From contig CAZKCV010000001.1 of NCBI GenBank assembly GCA_964551605.1, positions 136,898-200,897 on the forward strand: DNA of 64,000 nt, in the 5' to 3' direction. Below the pieces are notes generated by a model. That model worked only from the letters and a program-made list of their open reading frames with translations. It had not been told where the DNA came from and did no database searches. Shown here in pieces: positions 18,951 through 27,513 of this stretch. Positions within the stretch are counted from its first letter, which is position 1; every line of letters begins with the position of its first letter. The position numbers and the translations under genes were made by a program. Source of the DNA: an uncultured Gammaproteobacteria bacterium (GTDB lineage: Bacteria > Patescibacteriota > Microgenomatia > Daviesbacterales > UBA10151).

Positions 18951-20585
18951 TCAGCTGATCTTTATCTTAGAAGCGGCTTTAATAAACCCTAAAAACAGCG
19001 GATGCGGGGAAAGCGGCCGGGATTTTAGTTCCGGATGGAACTGGGTCCCTATGAAAAACGGATGGTCTTTCAGTTCAATTATCTCCACCAACTTTCCGTC
19101 CGGTGAAGTTCCGGAAATGGTTAAACCTTTTTTCATAAATTGTTCTAAAAAGTCATTATTAAACTCAAACCTGTGCCTGTGACGTTCCGAGATTTCCGGC
19201 TTGCCATATAAACTGCGAACCAGCGACCCTTCTCTTAGCTTACAATCCCAGGCTCCTAATCTCATGGTGGCTCCGTATTCCCGCTTTAACATTTTCTTCT
19301 CCTGATCCGGCATGATGTGAATAACCGGATATTTGGTCTCCGGATCTATTTCCGTGGTGTGGGCTCCCGGAAGATCCAAAACATCCCGGGCATATTCCAC
19401 TACTGCAAGTTGCATGCCGTAACAAAGGCCAAAATAAGGAATGTTATTTTCCCTGGCATATTTAATTGCCTCAATTTTTCCTTCAATATCTCTTGACCCA
19501 AAACCTCCTGGCACAATAATCCCGTTAAATTGACGCAGGATATCAACATTATCCAGAATTTTGCCCGAATCGAGCCAGGTAATTTCCGGTTTTAACCCCA
19601 GAGTCCAGGATGCATGCTTAACTGCTTCAATTACAGAAATATATGAATCGGCTAAGGTGAAAGCTCCGGTAGAGAAGTACTTACCCACTATAGCAATCTT
19701 TACAATCTGTTTACCCTGAGCTTGTCGAAGGGCAGAATCAATTTTCCTGACAAACTCTTTCCATTCTTTCATATCCTCATTTTTCCTCTTTAACCCCAAT
19801 TTATCCAGCAACCTTTGGGCTAAATTCTGTTCATCAAATCCCAGCGGTACTTTATAAATACTGTCCACATCGGGAGCGGAAATAATGTCCGCCGGCTCCA
19901 GGCCGGTAGACATAGACAATTTTCTGATTCTCTGCTGATCCAGCGGCTTCTCAGACCGGGCCAAAAGTATATCCGGTTGGATACCCATGGCATTTAAGTC
20001 CCTAACAGACATCTGGGCCGGTTTGCTTTTCATTTCACCAATCGAGGCCGGAATAGGCAAATAAGTAATATGGGCATGGAGGACATCTGCCGGGTTTTTT
20101 AATTTCATCAGCCGGTTGGCTTCTAAAAACAGGATGTTTTGGTATTCTCCGGTAGTACCCCCGATTTCTATGACTACCACATCAGCATTACCAGCCCGGC
20201 CGGCTTCTTTAATTCTTTTGATAATTTCTTCGGTGACATAAGTCACCACATCCACGCATTCCCCGTCATATTCTAAGTTTCTTTCACGCTGGATGACTGA
20301 AAGATAGATTGATCCTTGAGTAGCAATGCTGTTTTTATTTAAGGATTCATTTAAAAACCGCTCATAATGACCTAAATCCTGATCAGTTTCCGTGCCATCA
20401 TCTAACACAAACACTTCACCATGCTCAATCGGATTCATGGTCCCGGCATCGACATTCAAATAGGGATCCATCTTTATAGGAGTTACTTTATAACCTGCTG
20501 ATTTTAAAAGGAGCGCAATCGAAGAGGTAGCAATACCTTTTCCAATACCACTAATAACACCACCTGTGACAAATATATACTTCAT
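18951..20585 (-). CDS. pyrG: CTP synthase
   Basis: MKYIFVTGGVISGIGKG, GLCYGMQ, ERHRHRFE, QFHPE; true start 20585. Confidence 0.98.
   Translation of the reverse strand: MKYIFVTGGVISGIGKGIATSSIALLLKSAGYKVTPIKMDPYLNVDAGTMNPIEHGEVFVLDDGTETDQDLGHYERFLNESLNKNSIATQGSIYLSVIQRERNLEYDGECVDVVTYVTEEIIKRIKEAGRAGNADVVVIEIGGTTGEYQNILFLEANRLMKLKNPADVLHAHITYLPIPASIGEMKSKPAQMSVRDLNAMGIQPDILLARSEKPLDQQRIRKLSMSTGLEPADIISAPDVDSIYKVPLGFDEQNLAQRLLDKLGLKRKNEDMKEWKEFVRKIDSALRQAQGKQIVKIAIVGKYFSTGAFTLADSYISVIEAVKHASWTLGLKPEITWLDSGKILDNVDILRQFNGIIVPGGFGSRDIEGKIEAIKYARENNIPYFGLCYGMQLAVVEYARDVLDLPGAHTTEIDPETKYPVIHIMPDQEKKMLKREYGATMRLGAWDCKLREGSLVRSLYGKPEISERHRHRFEFNNDFLEQFMKKGLTISGTSPDGKLVEIIELKDHPFFIGTQFHPELKSRPLSPHPLFLGFIKAASKIKIS
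19709..19732. repeat. GTTTACCCTGAGCTTGTCGAAGGG mini-palindrome, in frame in pyrG
   Basis: Encodes ALRQAQGK; same 12-nt head found in pyrF and pyrD. Confidence 0.8.
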
Positions 20586-20597
20586 AGCTGATTCTAG

Positions 20598-20657
20598 AGA
20601 TTGCTTCACTACGTTCGCAATGACGTCATTGCGAGGAGCAAAGCGACGAAGCAATCT
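20598..20657. repeat. Two GTCATTGCGA-family half elements joined back to back upstream of pyrG
   Basis: AGATTGCTTC...CGCAATGAC|GTCATTGCG...GAAGCAATCT. Confidence 0.88.
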
Positions 20658-20701
20658 GTTTACGGGGGATTTTTGAGGCCCTCAATATAATACCAAGAAG
20701 G

Positions 20702-22786
20702 CTACCGGATTGCAAGTATTGTTTCAGGAGCAACAACTTCTTTCTGATCTCCCTCAGGAACGACTGGCTTGGGTTTGGTCCAGCTGGCAAATTTACAGAC
20801 GGGCCAGTTTTTGCAGCCGTAGAAAGTTTTGCCCCTTTTAGTTCTTCTCACTACAATATCCCCGCCATCCTGGGGACATTTGGCGTTGACCTTTTCTTCC
20901 AAAGATTCCGTATGTTTACATTCCGGAAAACCGGAACAAGCCAGGAACTTCCCGAATCTTCCTACCCTAACAATTAATTCCTTACCGCAGTCGGGGCACT
21001 TTTTACCGGCAAATTGAACTTCCATTTTCACTTTCTGGGCTTCTTTCTTAGTCTGTTCTACCTTTTTCTCAAACGGTTGGTAAAAAGCCGCAATTGTGGG
21101 ACGCCACTGCCTTTCACCCCTGGCTATTTCATCTAATTCATCTTCTAAACTGGCCGTAAAAGTGTAATCTATAATATCAGAAAAATTTGCCATCAAAAAA
21201 TCAATTACCGTCATACCTAAAATAGTAGGTATAAATTTTCTATTTTCTTTTTCTACATAAAACCGCTCCTGAATGGTAGAAATTATCGGGGCATATGTTG
21301 AAGGCCGGCCTATACCCAGCTCTTCCAGCTTTTTAATTAAAGAGGCTTCATTATATCTAGGCGGAGGTTCGGTAAAATGCTGAGACGGTAAAAGCTGCAC
21401 CAAAGCAAGCAACTGACCCTCAGATAAAGTAGGCAAAACTTGCTTTTTTTCCTCCCCTTCTTCCTCCGCCTCTTTTCCGAAGAGCTTAAGCCAACCATCA
21501 AATCGAATCACGCTGCCGGTTGCCCGAAGTAAATATCCGTCATTGCGAGGAGTCTGCGACGAAGCAATCTCTTGATTTTCCGAGGAAGATTGCTTCGCTT
21601 CGCTCGCAATGACGTCGATGGTTGTTTGGTCCATAACCGCCTCATTCATCTGGCACGCCACAAACCTTTTCCAAATCAGATCATATAACCGTACATGGTC
21701 TTTATTGAAATTTCCCTTCCCCCTTAACCCTTCACCCTTTTCCCTTATGTCTGTTACCCGAATCGCCTCATGCGCTTCCTGGGCATTTTTTGATTTAGAC
21801 TTAAAAACCCTGGCAACAGAAGGCAAATAAGTTTTACCGATAAAATTCTCTATGTATGTTCTGACAGCCCCGATTGCCTGAGTTGATAAATTAACGGAAT
21901 CTGTTCTCATATAAGTGATCAGTCCGTGTTCATACAAGGCCTGGGCAAGCATCATGGTCTTTTTGGCTGACATTCCCAATTTATTAGCCCCGGCTTGCTG
22001 CAGGGTTGAAGTTGTAAAAGGCGGGTATGGGTAGCGGCGGACTTCTTTTTGTGTAATTTTGGAGATGTTATACTGAGCCTTTTCCAGATTTTTGACATGC
22101 CCATCCGCTTCTTCCTTATTTTTGATTTCCAGCTTTTTGCCATCTTTTTCTATTAAATTGGCAATGAAACTGTTGCCTGTTGCCTGTTGCCTGTTGCCTT
22201 CCAGCTCTACCTCAATATTCCAATATTCCTCCGGCTTAAAGGCCTTTATCTCCCTTTCCCGTTCCACTATCAGCCTTAAAGCTACTGATTGAACCCGGCC
22301 GGCAGATAAGCCCTTTTTAACCTTTTCCCATAAAAGCGGTGAGAGTTTATAACCCACTAATCTATCTAAAACCCGTCTGGCCTGCTGGGCATCAACCAGT
22401 TTAAGATCAATAGGCCGGGGGTTTTCAAATGCCTCTTTAATGGCATCCTCAGTAATTTCATGAAAAACCACCCGCTTGGTATCTTTAGAATCATTTAATA
22501 CACCGGCTAAATGCCAGGCAATTGCCTCTCCTTCCCGATCAGGGTCTGTGGCTAGCCATAAAGACTCCGCTCTCTCAGCTACCTTCTTTAATTCATTAAC
22601 CCTTTTTTTCTTATCACGGGGAATAATGTATTTAGGATCAAAATTATGCTCAACATCTATTCCAAGCTCGGATTTCGGCAAATCCCGGATATGGCCCATT
22701 GAAGCCTCAATTTGATATTTATCACCCAGAAACTTTTGAAGTGTTTTCGCCTTAGTCGGTGATTCAACAATTACTAAATTCTGCAT
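20702..22786 (-). CDS. topA: DNA topoisomerase I (three repeat-derived segments)
   Basis: LVIVESPTK, ATDPDREGE, SAGRVQS, ITYMRTDS (catalytic Tyr), C-terminal zinc ribbons. Confidence 0.98.
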   Translation of the reverse strand: MQNLVIVESPTKAKTLQKFLGDKYQIEASMGHIRDLPKSELGIDVEHNFDPKYIIPRDKKKRVNELKKVAERAESLWLATDPDREGEAIAWHLAGVLNDSKDTKRVVFHEITEDAIKEAFENPRPIDLKLVDAQQARRVLDRLVGYKLSPLLWEKVKKGLSAGRVQSVALRLIVEREREIKAFKPEEYWNIEVELEGNRQQATGNSFIANLIEKDGKKLEIKNKEEADGHVKNLEKAQYNISKITQKEVRRYPYPPFTTSTLQQAGANKLGMSAKKTMMLAQALYEHGLITYMRTDSVNLSTQAIGAVRTYIENFIGKTYLPSVARVFKSKSKNAQEAHEAIRVTDIREKGEGLRGKGNFNKDHVRLYDLIWKRFVACQMNEAVMDQTTIDVIASEAKQSSSENQEIASSQTPRNDGYLLRATGSVIRFDGWLKLFGKEAEEEGEEKKQVLPTLSEGQLLALVQLLPSQHFTEPPPRYNEASLIKKLEELGIGRPSTYAPIISTIQERFYVEKENRKFIPTILGMTVIDFLMANFSDIIDYTFTASLEDELDEIARGERQWRPTIAAFYQPFEKKVEQTKKEAQKVKMEVQFAGKKCPDCGKELIVRVGRFGKFLACSGFPECKHTESLEEKVNAKCPQDGGDIVVRRTKRGKTFYGCKNWPVCKFASWTKPKPVVPEGDQKEVVAPETILAIR
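21539..21613. repeat. GTCATTGCGA palindromic dimer, in frame in topA
   Basis: 75 nt; encodes VIASEAKQSSSENQEIASSQTPRND. Confidence 0.92.
21714..21747. repeat. (CCCTTNN)5 heptamer array in topA
   Basis: Encodes REKGEGLRGKG. Confidence 0.75.
22170..22197. repeat. (CTGTTGC)4 heptamer array in topA
   Basis: Perfect tandem repeat encoding GNRQQATGNS. Confidence 0.9.
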
Positions 22787-22832
22787 CTTACTTAATTAAC
22801 TCTCGAATAATTGTAAGGGAGTTGTCAATACA

Positions 22833-23090
22833 TCAAGTTTCAAAATCCTCATCCAGCACCTCCGGGTTAACTGAATCAAGTTCCTTTTGCAAATCAGTGT
22901 TACTGTCATATTTAATCTCTTTTGGTGGATTGAGCCTGGAAGATGGGAAAGGGGAAGTTTGTTGAAGAGAATCTTTTGAGGAAATAGGGCTTATTAAAGG
23001 CAAATGTTTCTGATTAGTGACAAAAAACACCACGATCGTTGTAAAAATTGTCAATACCAATATTATTAAAAAGGTCCTATTGTTTTTCAT
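22833..23090 (-). CDS. Hypothetical membrane-anchored protein
   Basis: N-terminal TM helix followed by an S/P-rich linker. Confidence 0.65.
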   Translation of the reverse strand: MKNNRTFLIILVLTIFTTIVVFFVTNQKHLPLISPISSKDSLQQTSPFPSSRLNPPKEIKYDSNTDLQKELDSVNPEVLDEDFET

Positions 23091-23091
23091 T

Positions 23092-23463
23092 TTATAGCGC
23101 CTTCCCCACTTCTCCTTTAGCTTTCAGGATTTTACCTCTTAGAACTCCTAAGCTACTTCGAAGTTGACTTTCTGATGAAAACTTTTGGGCTCGCTGAAAG
23201 GCCAAGGCTTCTGCCGCAAAAGTTACCTGGTAATCAGCGCTTTTTATCTTTGTGTCCACCCCGCCAAAAGCTACCCTGGTTTCCGTAATCCCTTCTCTCC
23301 TGCGAAGTTCTTCCATAATAGCTGCCAATTTTAAAACATCCCCCTCAAATCGATCACAAACTTTTTGATTGATTTGATCAAGGGAATTTGTTTGCGGAGT
23401 ACTTGCAAAAACAGTCACCGGCAGAAAAACTGCCAGTACCACAAACAGGAGAATCATCTTCAC
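23092..23463 (-). CDS. Hypothetical secreted helical protein
   Basis: Signal peptide ending VFA. Confidence 0.65.
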   Translation of the reverse strand: MKMILLFVVLAVFLPVTVFASTPQTNSLDQINQKVCDRFEGDVLKLAAIMEELRRREGITETRVAFGGVDTKIKSADYQVTFAAEALAFQRAQKFSSESQLRSSLGVLRGKILKAKGEVGKAL

Positions 23464-23535
23464 TTCTCTAGCATACCATTTTTCAACTTTCCTGTTCCTA
23501 ATCCGCCTTCTGCCTTTTCGCTCTTCCCTTTCCGT

Positions 23536-26043
23536 TTAGAGTAACTCTACCCCGGCCTTAAACAGATTCCCCTTTGTAAGCTGGTCCTGCAGAATTAACC
23601 TGGAAAGTTTGGCTTCCAGGGTATCCTGCAGCAAACGGCGCATGGGGCGCGCCCCCAGCACCGGATCAAAACCCTTTTTGGCAAATTCTGCCACCAGCTT
23701 TGGATCAAATTCCACCAAATACCCTTTTTCTTTCATCTGTTTTTGTAAACCCGCCAATTTAATGGTAACTATCTTTTGCAGGTCTTCCGAAGACAGCGGC
23801 TTAAACAATATGACATCATCAAACCTGTTGATTAGTTCCGGCTTGAAAATTTTCAGCAGCTCATCATTTACCTGTTTATCTATTGCTGCCAAATTCTTCC
23901 CGGATTCCAAGCCCTCAGCAATGCTCAAACTGGCAGCATTGGAAGTAGCTATTATAATGGTATTGGTAAAATCCACTGTCCGGCCGCTTGAATCCGTTAA
24001 CCTGCCGTCTTCCAACACCTGTAAAAATAAAGTTAAAATTTTCTGATCGGCTTTCTCAAACTCATCTAAGAGCAAAAGCGCGTAAGGACGTTGCCGGACA
24101 GCTTCTGTTAGCTGACCTTCCTGTCCCAACCCGCCGATCAACCGATTCACTGATTCACTGTTTTGGTATTCAGACATGTCAAACCTGATAAATGCCCCTG
24201 CTCCCTTAAAGTAGATATCCGACAGTATTTTAGCCAGTTCTGTTTTACCCACTCCGGTAGGACCAATAAACAAAAATGATCCGATCGGCCTGGCCTCTTC
24301 CCGAAGTCCGGTGGCACTGCGTCTGAGGGCATCTGCCACTGCCTTGACCGCCTGCTCCTGATCTATCAATCTCTGATGTATCTCTTTTTCTAAGTTTAGT
24401 AGTTTGCTTTTGTCGGTATTGCCGACCTCCATTAAAGGAACCTTGACCCGCTGAGAGATAATCCTTCTGATTACTTCTTTAGTTACCCAACCATTCACGG
24501 ATCCGGTATATGATTCATTTAAGATACTGATCGCAGAATCGGGTAAAACCCGATCATGGATCAGCTTTTGCGCTAAAGCAACTGTTGTCTTCAAAGCAAT
24601 AAAGGTAACTTTGACTTTTTCTTTTCTTTCTGACTCTATGGCTTTATCTTCCAGGATAGTAAGGGTATTTTCCGGGGTAGCCGGAGGGATCTCTACCTTA
24701 ATAAATAACCTGGCCAGCGCCCCGTTTTTTTCCAAGGTCCGGTTGTAATTTTCAATTTCGGTCGTGGCAATAAATTGGAATCTTTCAGATTCTAGATACG
24801 GCAACATCAAGGAATAGATATTCAAACTGCTTCCGGCTTCACCCTCTCCCAAGGTCTGAATTTCCTCAACCGCAATAATAACATTGCCCGTAGCCTCAAC
24901 CTCTTCAAAAACTGTCTTAATACGGTCTGCCAACTCCCCTTGTGTCCTTATGCCTGAGAGGAGTCTGGTAGGTTCTAAAATAACCAGCCTTTTGGTAGCT
25001 AAACTTTCCGGAGCATCGCCTGTGACGATTTGCTTTGCCAGAAATCGAAGCAGAGCTGTTTTACCGGAACCGGGCGGACCAACCAGGATGACATTTTTGT
25101 TTCCTGGTTGAGAAAGCACAGAGATAATCTGCTCTAACAAAGCAGTGCCACCAATAAAGTCAGAAAAACCTACCATAGCAGCAGTTTTTGTTAGATCTTC
25201 CGCTACAATATCTAAAGTTGGTGTAGGCACCCCCAGCCAGCCCCTGTTTACTCCTTTCAAGTGGCGGACTGAAAAGTCATCATCCCAGATATAAATTCTC
25301 CTCCAGATATTTCTTTTCTTTTCCAGATAAAACAATGCCTCCTTAAAATCATCCGTAGTTAATTCAAATTTGGCTAAATATTGATCTATATGAGGCACTG
25401 CCGGTAAGGCGGCAACAAAAAAATGGGCCGGGCTTAAATACTCACTCCCGCAAAACTTACCCAGCTCCCATGCCTCTTTAATTAATGCTTCTTTATCAGT
25501 AATTTCAAATACAGGAAAACCGCTTAGCTGAATCTCTAAATTGGCCAGTAGTGAAATTACTTCCCGGGATTCCAAGATTTTCATGAAGATTAATTCCTCC
25601 GGCTTGATTAACGAAGCATGCCATATAGCCGCCGGATTTTTACTGATTTGCCATAGTTTTTTATGGGGGTTAAAAAATATTTCCAAAAAGAATAAACCAA
25701 TGCCGCTAAATAATAATATTCTGCTAAAAAATTGTGGTAAATCCAAAAAAGCCAGAGCAGGTAGCGCAAACCAGAATAATGCCAATAAAAACAAGACTAA
25801 AGTTACCATCAAAAAGGCAAACAGTCCCATTACAATACGGCTTAAGCGGAAAATTAAACTTAAAGCCCTGCCGACAATTGTAGAATCATGAAAAAGCGGG
25901 GTAAAAAGCAACTTCCACATAAGTCCTACTGCTAAATCTTCCTCCAGCAGCAAAATCAAATTCTTCCAGGACCTGATAAAAAAACCTATTGCTTCCGGAT
26001 ACCAGAATTTTAATAAGCTAATTGGCAATGTTAGATACTTCAT
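23536..26043 (-). CDS. ClpA/ClpB-like double AAA+ ATPase with N-terminal membrane segment
   Basis: GPPGSGKT and GPTGVGKT Walker A motifs, RFDMSEY, LLDEFEKA, GARPMRR; hydrophobic N-terminus. Confidence 0.88.
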   Translation of the reverse strand: MKYLTLPISLLKFWYPEAIGFFIRSWKNLILLLEEDLAVGLMWKLLFTPLFHDSTIVGRALSLIFRLSRIVMGLFAFLMVTLVLFLLALFWFALPALAFLDLPQFFSRILLFSGIGLFFLEIFFNPHKKLWQISKNPAAIWHASLIKPEELIFMKILESREVISLLANLEIQLSGFPVFEITDKEALIKEAWELGKFCGSEYLSPAHFFVAALPAVPHIDQYLAKFELTTDDFKEALFYLEKKRNIWRRIYIWDDDFSVRHLKGVNRGWLGVPTPTLDIVAEDLTKTAAMVGFSDFIGGTALLEQIISVLSQPGNKNVILVGPPGSGKTALLRFLAKQIVTGDAPESLATKRLVILEPTRLLSGIRTQGELADRIKTVFEEVEATGNVIIAVEEIQTLGEGEAGSSLNIYSLMLPYLESERFQFIATTEIENYNRTLEKNGALARLFIKVEIPPATPENTLTILEDKAIESERKEKVKVTFIALKTTVALAQKLIHDRVLPDSAISILNESYTGSVNGWVTKEVIRRIISQRVKVPLMEVGNTDKSKLLNLEKEIHQRLIDQEQAVKAVADALRRSATGLREEARPIGSFLFIGPTGVGKTELAKILSDIYFKGAGAFIRFDMSEYQNSESVNRLIGGLGQEGQLTEAVRQRPYALLLLDEFEKADQKILTLFLQVLEDGRLTDSSGRTVDFTNTIIIATSNAASLSIAEGLESGKNLAAIDKQVNDELLKIFKPELINRFDDVILFKPLSSEDLQKIVTIKLAGLQKQMKEKGYLVEFDPKLVAEFAKKGFDPVLGARPMRRLLQDTLEAKLSRLILQDQLTKGNLFKAGVELL

Positions 26044-26408
26044 TTTGCTCTTATCAAATTTCCTTCAGGATCCAATTCAACAAAATGTTCGGCTCTTCCT
26101 TCCCGGTATGCAGGACACTGATTTTCCGGCAGGTCATCGGTGGGTAAACGAGGACTGTGGGCAATATCGGCCACCCACCCCGGCATTAAAGCATCCGAGA
26201 GACAGGGGCCAACTGAGAAATCTTCACCCCGATCTCTTCTCTGACGGTAAACATGTTGAGCCTGATTAACAGCCGTATCTATCTCGCCTTTAGGGGTGGT
26301 TTTCAGGGCAGTATTATTTAGAATTAGTGTGAAAACAGCAGTAATAATTATTACAGTTAAGGCAATAATAAGCAGGATTAATTTAGGCATAGTTATTACT
26401 AAGCTCAC
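26040..26408 (-). CDS. Hypothetical protein, N-terminal TM plus two Cys
   Basis: Translationally coupled to dprA and the ATPase (4-nt overlaps). Confidence 0.7.
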   Translation of the reverse strand: MSLVITMPKLILLIIALTVIIITAVFTLILNNTALKTTPKGEIDTAVNQAQHVYRQRRDRGEDFSVGPCLSDALMPGWVADIAHSPRLPTDDLPENQCPAYREGRAEHFVELDPEGNLIRAK

Positions 26409-27487
26409 TTCTTGCAGTATATCCCAGCTCCCAAGCTCTCCACAAGTCCTGAAATCTCCATTTTTAACAAGAGGGCGGAAATTTTTGGGGAAGGAAATTT
26501 GAGTTCCCTGCCAATCTCGTCAATATGCCGGTTTTCATTCTCTAATGCAGCTAAAACTTTTCTCTCCTCTTCCGAAAGATCTCTTTCGTTCTTGACTCTA
26601 GACTCCAGACTCTTGATTCTATTAATTCCCAGCTCCTCCAAAATTTCATCCGGGCTAAAGACGGCTCTGGCCCCTGCTTTAATTAAATCAATCGGGCCTT
26701 TTGATAAATGTGAAGTAATTGGACCGGGGACGGCAAACACTTCGCGCCCCTGCTCCAAGGCTAACCTAGCAGTAATAAGCGAGCCGGAATCCTCTGCTGC
26801 TTCGATTACTAACACGCCCTGCGATAAACCGGAAATAATCCTGTTCCTGGCCGGAAAGTTACCCGGCAAGGATGGGTAATCCGGTGGAAACTCGGAAATA
26901 ACTGCACCGAAACCCTCCGCAATTTTTGCGGCTAGATTGCGGTTTTCCGGAGGAAAAACATTATTTAAGCCTCCACCCAAAACGGCAATTGTCTGCCCTT
27001 GTTGAGCAACAGCTGTGGCGTGGGCTTTGGCATCTACCCCGCGGGCCAGTCCTGAAACTATAGTCAAACCCGCTTCTACCAACCCTCTGGTAAATTGCTC
27101 CGTGGCCACCCTGCCGTAACCGGTTATTTTCCTGGTTCCCACCACCCCGATCGCTTTTTTATCCCAATCCGGTTCGCCTCTATAAAAAATTACCACCGGT
27201 GGATCATAAATTTGGGCCAATAATTTTGGGTAACTCTTATCAAAAATGGTTACCCACTTGATTCCGCTATCAGCAATCTTCTCGGCATAACTTTCCGGCT
27301 CCAACTTCCTCCGTGTTTCCACCAGCAAATTGACTGTGTTCCTGAAAATCCCCAACTTCAGTAACTCCTCCCCATTAGCTTCCCAAGCCAACTTGGGGTC
27401 TTTGAAATATTCTAGAACTGCCCGGAGCCTAATCGGCCCTAAACCATTAATAGAGTGCAAAGCTAAAAGGTATGGAATATTATTCAT
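26405..27487 (-). CDS. dprA: DNA-protecting protein DprA
   Basis: VVGTR, IVSGLARGVD, FPARNRIISGLS, SGSLITA, C-terminal winged helix. Confidence 0.97.
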   Translation of the reverse strand: MNNIPYLLALHSINGLGPIRLRAVLEYFKDPKLAWEANGEELLKLGIFRNTVNLLVETRRKLEPESYAEKIADSGIKWVTIFDKSYPKLLAQIYDPPVVIFYRGEPDWDKKAIGVVGTRKITGYGRVATEQFTRGLVEAGLTIVSGLARGVDAKAHATAVAQQGQTIAVLGGGLNNVFPPENRNLAAKIAEGFGAVISEFPPDYPSLPGNFPARNRIISGLSQGVLVIEAAEDSGSLITARLALEQGREVFAVPGPITSHLSKGPIDLIKAGARAVFSPDEILEELGINRIKSLESRVKNERDLSEEERKVLAALENENRHIDEIGRELKFPSPKISALLLKMEISGLVESLGAGIYCKK

Positions 27488-27513
27488 AAACTATTCATAA
27501 ATACCAATCATAT

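Noticed and set aside
20586-20654. 23-aa N-terminal extension of PyrG in the ORF track
   Set aside because: It is the translated repeat with a TTG start; the canonical MKYIFVTGG begins at 20585.
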